DNA from: Camelus ferus
Lineage: Eukaryota
DNA length: 64,000 nucleotides
NCBI RefSeq assembly: GCF_009834535.1
Contig: NC_045697.1
Span: 64,792,001 to 64,856,000 of the forward strand
Direction of reading: 5' to 3'
Part shown: in pieces, positions 11,023 through 24,720 of the stretch
How positions within the stretch are numbered: position 1 is the stretch's first letter
Layout of the letters: each line of letters opens with the position of its first letter
Position numbers and translations under genes: made by a program
Notes under the pieces: generated by a model
Databases searched by the model: none
What the model was told of the DNA's origin: nothing
The model's input: the letters and a program-made list of their open reading frames with translations, nothing else

Positions 11023-12614
11023 AATTCAGCACAGAATTGACTAATTTGCCATCATTTTGGCAGGTTTCTGCCATTTATTAAGCCAGGTTTAATGTTTAAG
11101 GCAATTTTAAGTGTTCTGTCAGGTAATAGTAAAACGCTTCCATTAAAAATGTATTACCAATACTAAGCAGAAGTCAATAGCGTCACCCACTATTAAACAA
11201 GTTTGATTAGAAATGCTTCTTTTAAAAGACTCATTTAGAATCCATGACAAGCTGAAGCATCTCTATATAAACATACATCACTTCTTTGGGAGTAGACATT
11301 TAGATTATCTGGCTTAAAAAGAATAGGTTATTTCAGCTCCAATTATAGCACATTTATATTACACTTCATAACAAACTGCTAAAGAAATGTGTGTTTCCAA
11401 GTCTGATAATATTAAGTTTCAGTGTAGTGATTAACCTATAAATTCTCATAAATATTATCACAAATTAAAATGAGTCTTTACAAATGTGGATTAAAATTAG
11501 CAAAATAAATCTAAAATGTATGGCGTAAATATTTTGATAAAATCTTAGCTTATAAAGTAGATTTCTGTCTGATTCAAAAGTGACAGGATAGGTCAAAATT
11601 AATATATATTGTAGATATCTCGTTACATCAATAAAATATCTATTCTGGCTAACAGCTACATACTAATATGAGTGCTAAATTTATATCTCAGTTTTAAAAA
11701 ATCTTCACCCTTTTCTCACATTCTTAACTATGTCAGGTATTCATAGTCAGGAAATGGAAAGGAAGGGTTCAAAGAGACTGGTGAAAGTAGTCTGTAATCC
11801 ATGCAAATATAGAAGGGTAGTGGTAAGAGAAAACCAAGTTGACACAGTAGTCCTATTAGACACTCTGCCTTCTCTAGCAAAAATTAATCATTGCCTTTCC
11901 ATGGTGAAGCCAGTTAGGATGGAGAGGTCAAAAGCAATATGCCACACTTGTCAGAAATGGACATAGTTTCATCCTTGTTTCATCATGTATTGACTCTAAT
12001 AATGCATGTTTAATGTCATGAATTGTCTGTATTTCACTAGAGGACTAGGGGTGTCTGCCACGGAAACATTAAATCAACTAAATTGATAGATGTAAAGTGT
12101 GTCTGCTTCTAGTTATAAATATGTGTGTGTGTGTATGTGTAAACATATATACACATTTTTATATGCATATTTAATGTTTATCTCTTCATATATATGTATA
12201 TAACACCTGTATTATATTTAAAAATAGAAAAAGTCATTTTATATACATACAATTTCATTTTTACATTCACACACTTCAATGAATATTATAGTCAAGAAAT
12301 ATATATTACATGTATATGTATGTGGATATGTTTATATGCAGTTATTCCTTTATCATGTTATTAACCCTTAGGTGTATGGTTTTTTTTGTGTCAATAAGAA
12401 ATTCATTAGGTTTATTTAAAAATACAAAAAGTAGATTGGCCCAATTATTTATGATTAAAAAGTAAACAATTAAAAAATGTATGCCTGTTTACAACTGGAG
12501 GAATCAGAATAAACACAAATAAGTATGCACGGCCAGAAAGAATCTCCAGTTATGTGATAAAATCAAGATCCCCATTAAAATACTTTTGTTCCTTATGGGT
12601 ATAATCCTGGAAGG

Positions 12615-12800
12615 CAGCGTTTCATAGTGATGTAGAGCAAGGATGTTGGAGTCAAGGAGGCAAGAGCTCTGGCCCTTGATGTGGGACATTAGACATATGT
12701 CTTGCATGCAATCGTAATTTTTAAATCTGTATGTGTGTGAAGTAGTATATGTATCACATAATTGTTTTAAGGATTAAATTAGATATTGTAATGTGAAAAA
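12615..12800 (+). mobile_element. MIR fragment
   Basis: catagtgatgtagagcaaggatgttggagtcaag ... ttgttttaaggattaaattagata resemble the MIR 5' and 3' parts. Confidence 0.5.
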
Positions 12801-12939
12801 ATTAATGGAAAATGTTAAGCTTTGTTTGGATTACATTACAGTATTAAAAAAACAATAGCTTTAACTGAGACATATTTAGCTACCACAATTTACTTGCATT
12901 TTGCATAATATGTGTTTTGTATAATATTTAATACAATTA

Positions 12940-13110
12940 ATGATCCTTACAGATAGATAATATTTTATTATTAAATATTACAGATGATGAATGTGGGGTT
13001 TAGAATTTAGAATTTGAATCCCTTGCTCAAACTCATATACTTAACAAATGTCAGAGTCAGAATTTGAAAACAGTTTACTCTTAGAACTGGGATGTTTATT
13101 CAGTACACTA
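12940..13110 (-). mobile_element. MIR fragment
   Basis: ttacagatgatgaa ... cttgctcaaactcata ... gtcagagtcagaatttgaa = antisense MIR core. Confidence 0.6.
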
Positions 13111-13690
13111 CTGAAAAACACACACTCAATAAAAAGCCATGGTTCTGATCATCATCATCATTATTACGTTTGAAGGAGAAAAATGCCATAATTATTCACT
13201 AGAACTTATTTTGGTTCTTCAGGAAATACTTCTTCATTAATTCTGCTTAGAGATTTGTATGTCTCAATTTTTTATGAATATTACTCATCTTACTATTGTG
13301 AAAGATACTGAAACTTGTTCAAAAAAAGAAAGGAAAGAAGGAAGGAAACTAAAAGAGAAAAAATAAAGATTATAATAGAAATTTGGTTCCTACTTACTGT
13401 ATGAATGGATTCTCGGAAAGTTTCCTGATTTTTCTCCCATTATTCAGAAAAAAACAATTCTTCAAGCTATAAATTCCTAAAGATCTCATAACATGTATTA
13501 GCCACTTTGTCCTGCAAAGCCGCTTTGTACTTTATTATAATGTCTTCCCAGTTCCCCCTCAGCAATAACACTTTGATGTACTATTCATCACTTCCATTTG
13601 GAAGAAGTAATAACTACATTCCTGCTTAGCTCTCACGTTGCTTCCAGTACAGTGTGTTTCAGTAATAAATAAAGTGCATGCTTTAAGTGA

Positions 13691-14023
<333 letters not shown>

Positions 14024-17000
14024 TAAAGAGCCCTGAAAAGTGGACATCATGTTTGTGTCTTTGCTACATTGCTTTTCTCGCAGAGTGTTGTTTGGTAGAT
14101 ACTAATCCTGTATTCTACTTCTGAAAGGACAGCATGCAGAAAGTTATTGTTTTAATTGAAATATAATATGGAAATGGTCCTAAATACAATAAAAACTTCC
14201 CAGCATTTTATGACTTCAATTGTAAATGAAGCCTACCTTAAAAATAAGAGTTTCTATCAGAATTTTTACTTTTGTCTTCTTTGAGATAACTGCCACCTTG
14301 AGTGTTGTTACAACTGGAGATGATATTTCAGGTGTATTCGTGACAAATGTACTGCTAGAAGGAAAACTTTTAGACACTAACTACAAATCAAAGATTTTGT
14401 TCTGGGATCCTAACAGACTGATCTAGGCTATAAATTTTTTATGTGCTACAATGTGCCAAGTATTAAACCACTTTTTTTTTTTTTCATTCTCTGTATATTT
14501 GAGTGAATTAAAATTTTTCATTGGTACTAAGTCATACAAATACAAATTATTTTTATTATACTGGAATTATCATTTGTATGAGTGAAAGTTTTGAGTGAAA
14601 GATCTTACACTAGTAAAATACTATTTTTGATGCTATTATTCTAATGAAATATTTAGCCTTTTGATTGGCAAAGCAACCATTGTTCATGGAAGTATTTGTT
14701 GTTAATCTGTTTTATATTTTATTGTGGTAATGTATTTAGACTAGATACTAATACAAAATTAATTTAGTCAAATTCATTTATTAATAAAAAGAGGATTTGA
14801 CAGAAGAAAAGATGGACAAGATGTTAAATGTAGTAAAGTTTGGCAGGAAAGCTTTATAAAGATAAGTATTAAAGGGGTAAGGAAAATAAATGCTTTAGTC
14901 TAATGTATCTGCATGATATACAGATAACCTTTATTTGAATATGTTTTTGATCAGTAGCATTGGTTATTGTTGACGCTTATTTATGCTTAACTCTGTTAGT
15001 AAAAGAATGGATAAAATGATTAGTGGTATAGTGGATTTTCCTTCTTCTTAATTTGATGAAATGAAAAATATTATTTTAATGAAATGACCAGAAGTGTCTT
15101 AAGTAAAAGCTGTTTTGGCAATAAAATAGGTAGTTTATAATCATAAGATGGAATTTTAATTTTAACATCAATTGAAAAATCAGATTAATATAAACATCCA
15201 GTTATTTATATTTTAAATCAGAATTATCTGGGAATTTGTGATGTTAAATCATGGCTATGTTGATAAATTTTTTTTATAGAAACATTTAAAGGCTATTTAC
15301 ATTTTATTAGAATTTATAAAGCAGTCTGCAAAATAAAAAGTGGAAAATGAGGAAAATATCAACAATGTAAAATAATGAGAATATGTTATTATTTTAAAGA
15401 AATGCCTATGATATTTCTTTCTCAGTTCTTAGTGACTGGAATAAGAACAGAGGAGAGAAAATTAGGATTGATTTATTTTTGTGACTGTCTTCTGATTAAC
15501 TACATTTTAATAATTGTAAAATAACTTGGAAGACATTCTAAAAAATCCATGCCTTTTTAAAAAATCCACTTTGAAAAGTGTAGAAATAAAGAAATGAAGA
15601 AGTTACCATGGGTAACTGTAGGAAGGGAGTTACAGGAGGGAATTACAAATACTGAATAAATATGTCCCCCATACTTTTTTTTAGAGACTACAGTTTGAAA
15701 AGCAAAGACAAATTTTAAAATAACATAGTTAATCTGTTTACATATTGCTTTGTGTAACCATTCTGCTGCCAGCTAAATTCTGGAAACAAAAATATCTCTC
15801 AGAAGAACTATTGTGACTTGAAAGAATTTGTGACATGAAAGCAAATTGAGAAAGGAAATAAGTTTCAAGTTTCCAGGGTAGAGACCACTAGATATTTGTC
15901 AAGAAAGAATAAAAAGCTTGACAGTTTACCTGATGGGTTTTGATACTAACAGGATGTTCTGGACTACTTACTGGTCTGCTCTGGGTAATGAACCTGAACC
16001 TGAAATAAGTTTTAGGAAGCTCTGGAGCTAATTTGTTTCCCCATTCAATATTAAGAAAGATCTGTGTTACTTTTAGAATTAAAAATCATTCTCTCTAGAG
16101 CTCTTAGTATAATTGATTGGTTTGAAAAAATAAGGGGAAATATTCAACTGAAAGAGAGCAAGAAAGTATTCAGGAGTATCTTCTTAAATGTTGTAAGGAA
16201 GTAATTTAGGCGAAAAACTTCAATTGTACCATCAAAGATAGCTAATTTTTCTATCATCACATCTTTGTTGCAGTACCATTAAAATCTATAATACAAAGAG
16301 TCTTAAATCAGCTTATTTGTTTTTTATGTTCTAATGAAGAACACAAGATTTAGTGATATTACTGATTGTTTATACATTAGCACTCCTGATGAACTAAAAA
16401 TTCAAGGTTTTGGGTTCTCTCTCCCTCTCTCTTTTTTTTTTTTTTGTTTGTTTATTTGATTTTCAAATTCTGATCCTTGAACGAATAACATCATCAAAGC
16501 ATATCGTTGATTTGGTAATACTAACAAATTATGATAGAGCTTTCAATGGATAAATGGAATTTAATAATCTGAAATCCTCAAATTTATTTTATTGTTACAA
16601 CTTCCTCCAACCTGCCACATTTAAAAGATGATTTTTTTGAAATTTAAATTTTTGTTTACCGTATCTTTCTACTGTCAACACTTAATAAGAGAGAGGGATT
16701 TAAATATAAACAGCCTATTTATCCATAAACTGTATTAAAGAGTATTGGTAGTATGAAAATCCTTTGTAGCTTTGGTTGCAGTAAGTTTTTGCGTAGTAAT
16801 TAATAATTATTTGTGAGTTTCTAGAAGAAGATATCTTGGTTGTAACACAGGATTAATATTCTATTCTGTGAAGATGAATGACCATTTGAACATCACTATC
16901 ATTATCCTGTAACATTAATTTCAGATAAATGAACAGTAGAAGAAAATCATTCCTGTTTTCACAAAAGTAAACCACTTATTTTCAGATAATTTTCCCTTTC

Positions 17001-20000
17001 TTTTGAATATATTTTTGATAAGCCATTGTGTACTTTTTTGCCTGTTGAGTTGTGGGATATTAACTAAGGATAAAACAATTTTTCATACCTTAACTCAGGG
17101 TTTTTTTCCTAGCTTTTTGGTTTCATTTTGGTCACCTTTTTCCTTAAGAAGATATACATAAGAAAAAAACAACATTGAAAACCTATAGAATTTATAGTGG
17201 TACAAAATTATTTAAACCTAGTTGTATATTTTTACTATGCAGATAAAGTTACTGAGACAACAGTCGTTAAGCAATTCTCCTCCACGATGCAAGTGTACAG
17301 CAGAGAAAAACTAAACCAAGGGCTCCAGACCACTGGTTCAAGATAAAAAATTCAAATGCCCTTGCTGTATCTGTTAACCATATATAAAGATAAATATGAG
17401 AGAAAATACATAATGCATTCTAGGACTAACAAATACTGTGGGGAATGAAAAATTGTAACAGATTTATATGTTTTGATATGTGCTATTTATGTCAGTGGGT
17501 TTTAGATGGCATGGAATTGTAGAAAATACCTATCTAGCCGATCAACACCAGTTGCATTGTATAACTACTCTGTTCATTCATCCTTGATTTTCCTCATCTA
17601 TAAATAATGAAGAAATCAGAACATAAACAATGTATTTTTAAGTCAGTTTCATCTCTATAGATGAGATGTTCCACAAGTCTTTAGAACAAATTTCCAAATT
17701 TAGAATCTTAAAGGATTGTAGAAATTTTAATTGTTCAGCTTCTCTTTAGAGAAGGCTTTACATTGCTGAAATTGCCTCCGAGTTTTTCCTGTGACTGACT
17801 TCCAATTGATTAAAAAGATATATGGTAGCTATCCTTTGTTCTGCTACCTCATCCAACTGTTCACTGCAACCCAAAGAACTCATCACTATCACCAGAATCC
17901 AGAAAGGAGTTTTTGCAGGTTTGACTGATCTGGACCAAAGCAGCTCTTGCTAGATTTTGCTCTTTGCTTCTCTTTTATAGATTGTTTCCTCTGTGGGATC
18001 TATGTACTGGATATTATATAGATACACAAATGGGTGGTGTGAAAAACACTTCTGTCTCTACTGAAAATAGTAACAGTTGTTTATATTGTTAGCTCTTGGC
18101 TGAGACCGACACCACTGTGGGCCATGAAAGGTGGGGATTTTTAAGAAAACAAGGTCAAGGAATGTAAGGAAAGTGCATTTATAAAAATGTTCACTTTGGA
18201 AGATGAATGCCAATATATGAATGCATGTATTATTCTTGCATATGTCAGGTATATCAGGAAGGATGTAAAGCACCATGCATTTGATATTGAAAGGCAAGAT
18301 TCAGTTAAAACGTTTTGAAGTTAAGTGCTCTTATTAGAAAAAATACCTAACAATGAAATACATAGTGAAAAGAGTGTAAGGGTAGTATTATACTGTGGAG
18401 TTTCAGGTGATTATACTTGAAAGAAAAAGGAGTAATTATCATAATTATTATCTTTTCTACTGTATTACAAACCATTATAAATAATAGAGTTATAAAAGCT
18501 GTTTTAAATACAAAAAGCAGTCATGGTTAAGACTGCTCATCTTCCATGTTGCAGCCTGGTCCACCTTCAGCTTACTCTTTTGCAGACCATGACATCACTG
18601 TTGATAGCTCCCAAAGAGTCTTGTGAAAATAGACATCTCACTTTAATACAGTGATGATTTCAGTTGGTTTTGCCGCTATAGCTTCCAAAATAAAATTATA
18701 GTGAAACATTATAGTTTATGAAATCAGTCTCATTTCTTTATAGTTATATATAAATATACACATATCCATATCATGTGTGTAAAAGGGATAACAGGAGAGT
18801 GACAGAGCCAAATCAGTGTCAGGAAATCTAGCTAGGAAAAAGCACTTCTCCAAAACACATCACCATTCATTGTGAGTATTTCTAGTGCCATAGGCTAAAT
18901 CTGAGAAGTCTGGTTCAAAGAGGATGTAAATGTTAAAGAATGATTTATGTGGCTGCAGTATTTGATGCTCTATACCAGGACTAAGTCTCATAATTTATAT
19001 TCCTCTTTGCTTTTATAGGACATTTTTACTGTGATAAAAAATTTGCTAATATCAAAATGCTTAGATTGGATTCTGCAACTTTCCTAGCCTAGGACTGTGA
19101 TGTGTATACCTCATCAGTCTATGTTTCCGGGACCAATTTTGGTAACTCCTGTTTCAGAGCTTATTTTCTGAAGTGCCTGACAACCAAACTTAAGAATTAG
19201 TGATTCCAAGAGACAAGAAACAAAACATGAATATCATGTAGTTATAATTCTGCTCATTCTTTCATTTGTTCATTTTTTCCCCCCATTTTTTTCATTCCTT
19301 CTTCTCTTTCCACATCAAGGCCAGTGTTGGACTTTGTATCTAGGCCCAATGTTCTGTGTGTAACACATGCCTAACTATATGTGTGAAGGGGTGGAAGGAT
19401 AGTGATGCAGCTCCTGGCCATCTCCAGACACTCTCACAGCAGGAGGGAAACTGGATGTCCATTTGGGGGCTGCCTAAACTGCCTGCTTCCCTCCACAAGT
19501 CTGGAATGTTTAGGTTAGTCAGTTCCCTGGCAATCCCATACCAAGTTCTGTATCAGTTTTCTTTCTTACTACCACTTTCTAAGGCCTGGCCTTAAGGTCT
19601 GGAATCTGAATCTGCCTATTGTGTGACCTTAAGTACTTATCATCAATGTAGTATTAAAATATAAAGAATTTTATATCTGTAAGGGACAACACAAGGTCTG
19701 AAATATCTCAGACTACCCCCTTTCCATTAGAGAATTGCCCCTCAAGAAGAATTAGAATAGTATATATTTAGAATCAAATTTTGAGAGTACTCAGTCAAAT
19801 CAGTCTGTCCAAATGCTGATTAAAAGCCTATTACTGTTCCAAGATTGGGCCAGCTACCATAGGAGATAACAAAAGACAGGACAGAATTTCTGATTGCAGG
19901 AAGCTTAAAAATGTACCTAACGTGAGATGTAGATTTTTAGAGCATGAAAAGACATTATGCCATTGCCTTCTGTCTTTAATTTGGGTTTTTAATTGTGTTA

Positions 20001-21399
20001 ATAGTAAAAGAAACACTATATTCTAGATTTTTAACACTTTTCAGAAAAGAGAGGGAAATTATTTTTTAAAGAAATAGACTATTTTTAACATAATATTAAT
20101 GAAGATATAAATTGCACAGCTTAATATTTATTTTCTGTGATTCATTGTTCTACTCTTGTATTGGCAAGTCTTTCCATTATCTCATTTAATACCATACTTT
20201 TAAAGTAACAGGTCTCTATTACTATGAATAGATTGAAATTCAGATTTTTTAGGCCTCTTTGTCATAATTTTATAGCCTTTCTGCTTTGGGGCCTTTTACC
20301 TCACTTATCTACAAATGTGTACTATTATGTAAGTTACCTCCTAAAATACATATTTTAACAATATGTGCTGCTCTGAATCTTGTTTTATTTAGAAGAATCT
20401 TTAGCAGCTTTCTATGAAAGCTGTGTTTTAATGGAAGTAAAGATGTATTCTTTTGTTATTGCTTAAGCATTCTTTCTTTCTACTGAATATTTTCCTCATA
20501 AGAATAGCACACCACTTTCTTCTGTTCTCTTTCTACCTCTGTGGATAGACTGCATGATTATGGCAGCATAATTCAATTTTTAATCGACCTTTTATGATAC
20601 TGACTTGGTAAAAGAGTCACCTATATGTCGTAAAGTGACTCTGAATATATGGTTTATTAGATTAAAAACCACACTTACCTACATTCTGCAGTTGTAATGA
20701 GAGTCCATTGTACAGTTATAAAAATAGTTTAATTTCATGTTGACAAACCGAAGATGACTTAACTATATTTAGACTTTAAAATCTATTATCAATATCATTA
20801 ATACCCAGCTTTCACATGATCCAGTCTACTTGCTAATTTGACAACAAAAAAATAACCTGACTTTTAATTTTAACATTTAACAACTTATTTTTGCATGTCC
20901 TTGGCTAGTGTTATGTTTATGGGAATCCCATTATGCATAGTCATTTAGTACTTATACAACATTTTGTTGTTTTATTTTGTAATTTGAAAAAAAAAGAATT
21001 ATCATTGAAACACTGCTTTTAAAAGGAAGACACACAAATCCAGTCTGCAATAGGAAATTGCATATTCTGAGGAAAAGATGAATCAGCAAGTACTTTTGGG
21101 TTGGCTCTAAGTGTTCAGCCTTAAGTCACTTACTCTGCACAGTGCTGTGCTCTCCACTGACTGCTCTGTAACCCTAATGTGGTTAACTTGACCTTTATTA
21201 CCATGTGTTAGATCCTGACCTATAGGCCCTCTTCTTCCTTTTGCCCTCCCTTTAAAGTGGTTTTTAGAAAACTCCTCATTCATCCCCATTTTAATCCTTG
21301 ACTCTTCATACTGTACTGTATTCATGTATGATATCTACATTTGGTTCAGTATGTGTTTTAATTTTGATGTCATTTATACTGCTTGGAAAAAAAGGCAAT

Positions 21400-21590
21400 T
21401 AGATGTATGGGCCGTGGAATTAGATAAATCTGCCTTTATATGAATGCTGCTTCATTTCTTATTTTCTGTGGGTCCTTGAATACACCTATTGTCTCTGAGC
21501 CTCAGTTTATTCATATATAAAGTGGGGATAAAAGCATATTCCATAGGACTACTATGATTATTTGATTATTGTAAGATAATTATATAGGGT
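21400..21590 (+). mobile_element. MIR fragment
   Basis: tctctgagcctcagtttattcatatataaagtggggataa = MIR core. Confidence 0.7.
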
Positions 21591-23653
21591 AACAGTTATG
21601 GTTTGTGGATTCCTCTGCTAATCTAAATGCATTTTAATAACAGTGAAGGACATGATGACTTAGCACCATTGCATGTGTCCATCAGTAAATTTCTATCCCT
21701 CTCTGACCTTACCTTCCCAGATGTCGTTTACCACATTTATTGGTAATTCCCATGGATACCATTGATAATCTAAGCTTAATAACTGCCTAATAGGTGTCAT
21801 TTTCTCTTCAAGTCAGTAGTTCCTTATCAAGATCCTGAATGCTAGGGTTGTAAAATGTTACATAAATTAAATGCTTCTGCTTTTTTTTCTGTCTTCTGGC
21901 CTAGTTCTGCTAGTCAGCACAGGAGGATGAGAATTACATTTGTAGTGTAATTTATTTGGCAGATAGTAGTGATGTTGCAACATGTGTACTTAGGGTTGGG
22001 AGGATTTAAAATACCTTGTTACCATTTCTGGGAAGTAGAGAATGCCTTTGGGGACCAAATTAGAGCTTTCTGATGATTTATGTAGGCTTAATACAATCAG
22101 TGGAGTAAATAAGGCACTGAGTCATAACTAAATAGAATTCAGTTGTAGAGAGACATAATGTAGGAGAGCAATATATGTGAGGGTCGAATACAGAAATGAA
22201 TTCAAGGAAAGCTTTATACTTTGAGAGATGCATCATCTCTGGTATTTTGAGTTTATTTCTGACATGATTTTTTAAAAGGTTGTCTTTCTGTGCTCTGCAG
22301 TTTTTTATTACGACTATACATGGGCAAATATTAACTCTAAAAACTTTATCGCTGGTTTCTTTGAATTTCCAGTATTTTCTTCGGTGATATAATATGATGT
22401 TATTTTCTCAGGAATTCATGCCTCATATTTGCTTTTTGGTCCTTGATAGACTAATAAAATATGATAGTAAGAATAGCTAAGCTCACTTCTTAAGCTATGT
22501 TTTCAAACAAAAAGACTTAAAAATATAGAAGAGACATAAAATACCTATTAAATATGAGAAATATATTCCAAAGTAAAAAAATAAATATGTTTTCTCAGAA
22601 TTTTTTTGGGGGGAAACTGTTCTACAAATTGAAGTCAGATATAATCCTTGTATAGAATGCTTTAGAATAGAATGACTTTGAATAATCAGTAATAATTTTT
22701 GTACTTTACTTTTGAATTTACACTTATATAAAATCAAACAGAATATGTTGCAGTTGTCCTGCGTGCTTACTCATATTATTAAAACTGAGAAAGCTGTAGA
22801 TAACTCTGATGATAGAAAGTTATTAGGGGATTAAAAAAAGATGGCACATTCTCATTGGTCAAACAGAAAGAAACTGATACATCAACCTCATTCTGCCTAC
22901 TCCCAAATCCTATTCTTATTCTGTTTATTTGTCTATAATCTTTATTGTTTGAAATTATTGAGTTCATTTTTTTATTGTTTTGAATTTCTGAGTATTTTTG
23001 CTCAGTTTAAGGGCATTTTACTCATCATATCTGTGTGTGTGTATATATATATGTGCATATGCCATGTGTATATGATATATATACCAAATATGACGTATCT
23101 ATATATGTTTCTATCTATGTCTCATGATAAGTTCAGCAAGCACTTCTTTCTTGTGGTCATTCTTCCAATATTAACGCATGGTTTTCAACGGTAGTTTTAA
23201 ACCTCTATTTACTGAGTCTGTTACAGTGGAACAAGGCAGGTTTGTTGTCAGACCACCATTGTTCATTATCCAAAATTTATGCAGGGCTTCACGAGCACAC
23301 GGAATGAATCAACAGTTTACACTTCCTTTCCTTGGAAATTGCTTAAAGCTTAAATATGGGAGGGATAGACCAACTGGAAGAAAACTGAATCACCAAGAAC
23401 AATTCATTATTCTTTCAAAAATCAAAATTAAAATTGTTCGCATATTTGTAAGATACTTTAAATTCACTGACTATACACTTATTATAATTTTATACAGATG
23501 AATGAGATAAATTTAATTCCCGCACTCAAGGAATTTATAATGTAGTAGGAGAAATATACAAAAAGAGCTAAAGAATCAAATAGTATTTTTTAAAGGGAAA
23601 AATGACATAAAGGAAGGTAAATGATACTATGATAAAAATTAACTCGTGGAATA

Positions 23654-23676
23654 TGTGTATGTGTGTGTGTGTATGT

Positions 23677-23711
<35 letters not shown>
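23654..23711. repeat. (TG)n microsatellite
   Basis: Directly visible, with a few interruptions. Confidence 0.95.
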
Positions 23712-23712
<1 letters not shown>

Positions 23713-24132
23713 AATTTAAAACCAGAAATTTATTTTTGATAGAATGATTATGGAAAATACAAAAAAAGGAGCATTTAAGTCAAGATTTGAAGTTGCAAAA
23801 ATAGCCAGCCATGAAAAGACGGTGGAAATAGCATTCCAGGCTACTGCATGTGAGAAGACCAGTTGGAGGCACTGCTTGTTGATCCGTGTGTTTGAGGGAT
23901 TAGGTTATCTTTGAATACTTAGGTTTTTATTCAGTTGTTGTGCAAATGTTTATTTCCATAATTAAAGTCAATATTTGCTGGGTAGCAATGCTATTCTTGG
24001 GTTTGTTACCCAAATCTTCTTCAGTTTTTCCCTTTGGAAATAGAATGTGTTCTGAAGGAAATTCTGATGGTCTTGCAGGTCTCACTGAATCTGGGGTGTG
24101 AGAATGTCATTCCTGAACCACTTTTGGATTTG

Positions 24133-24260
24133 TTTGTTTGTTTTGAGGGGAGGTAATTAGGTTTATTTTTTATTTATTTAATAAAAGTACTGGGGATTGA
24201 ACCCAGGACCTCATGCATACTAAGTGTGCGCTCTACCACTGAGCTATGTCCTCCCCCAAG
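24133..24260 (-). mobile_element. tRNA-derived SINE (camelid Vic-1-like), longer form
   Basis: Reverse complement reads gggggaggacatagctcagtggtagagcgcacacttagtatgcatgaggtcctgggttcaatccccagtac...aaataaacctaattacctcccc followed by an A-rich tail. Perfect 11-bp TSD ttttggatttg at 24122-24132 and 24261-24271. Confidence 0.9.
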
Positions 24261-24539
24261 TTTTGGATTTGAAATTCACCTCTCTGTAACTCTGATATTG
24301 AATATTGGGCTTTTCATGTAGGTGTTCTTCTTCCCAGGAAAAAGAAATGAAATGAAACATATACAAAAATTTTACTCAGTTTTCTTGGTCACAATGCACA
24401 GTAATGCACAGAAATATATTAATATCTAAAACTAGGAACGAAACATCATTTTTTATGGTCTTTATATTTGTTGTACATTCTTGACGAAAGAACCTCATTT
24501 GAAAAGCCCAAGAATGAGAAGTAGCATTTATTTATTCAT

Positions 24540-24720
24540 ATCTTACTATATTCCATGAGCTGTTAAAAGTGCTTCATTTTTTTTAACCTAATCTGTATAC
24601 TACTTTATCAGCTATGAGGTAGTTACTATTTTACTAGCTTTATATAGTTGAGGAGACTGAGGTACAGCTAGGTTAGTTAACTTGTCACATCTGAATACTT
24701 CAAAATCATTCCTGGAACAC
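24540..24720 (-). mobile_element. MIR fragment
   Basis: ctatgaggtagttactatt ... tatagttgaggagactgaggtacag ... ttaacttgtc. Confidence 0.7.

Noticed and set aside
12615..13110. Inverted MIR pair just upstream of exon 2 as an RNA hairpin
   Set aside because: The copies are too diverged for convincing base-pairing by eye.
20405..20423. Short hairpin cagctttc-tat-gaaagctg
   Set aside because: An 8-bp stem is expected by chance at this window size. There is no supporting context, and bacterial terminator logic does not apply.
22841..23501. Two overlapping >100-aa ORFs
   Set aside because: Low-complexity hydrophobic translations of T-rich and TA-repeat DNA, with no recognisable domain or splice context.
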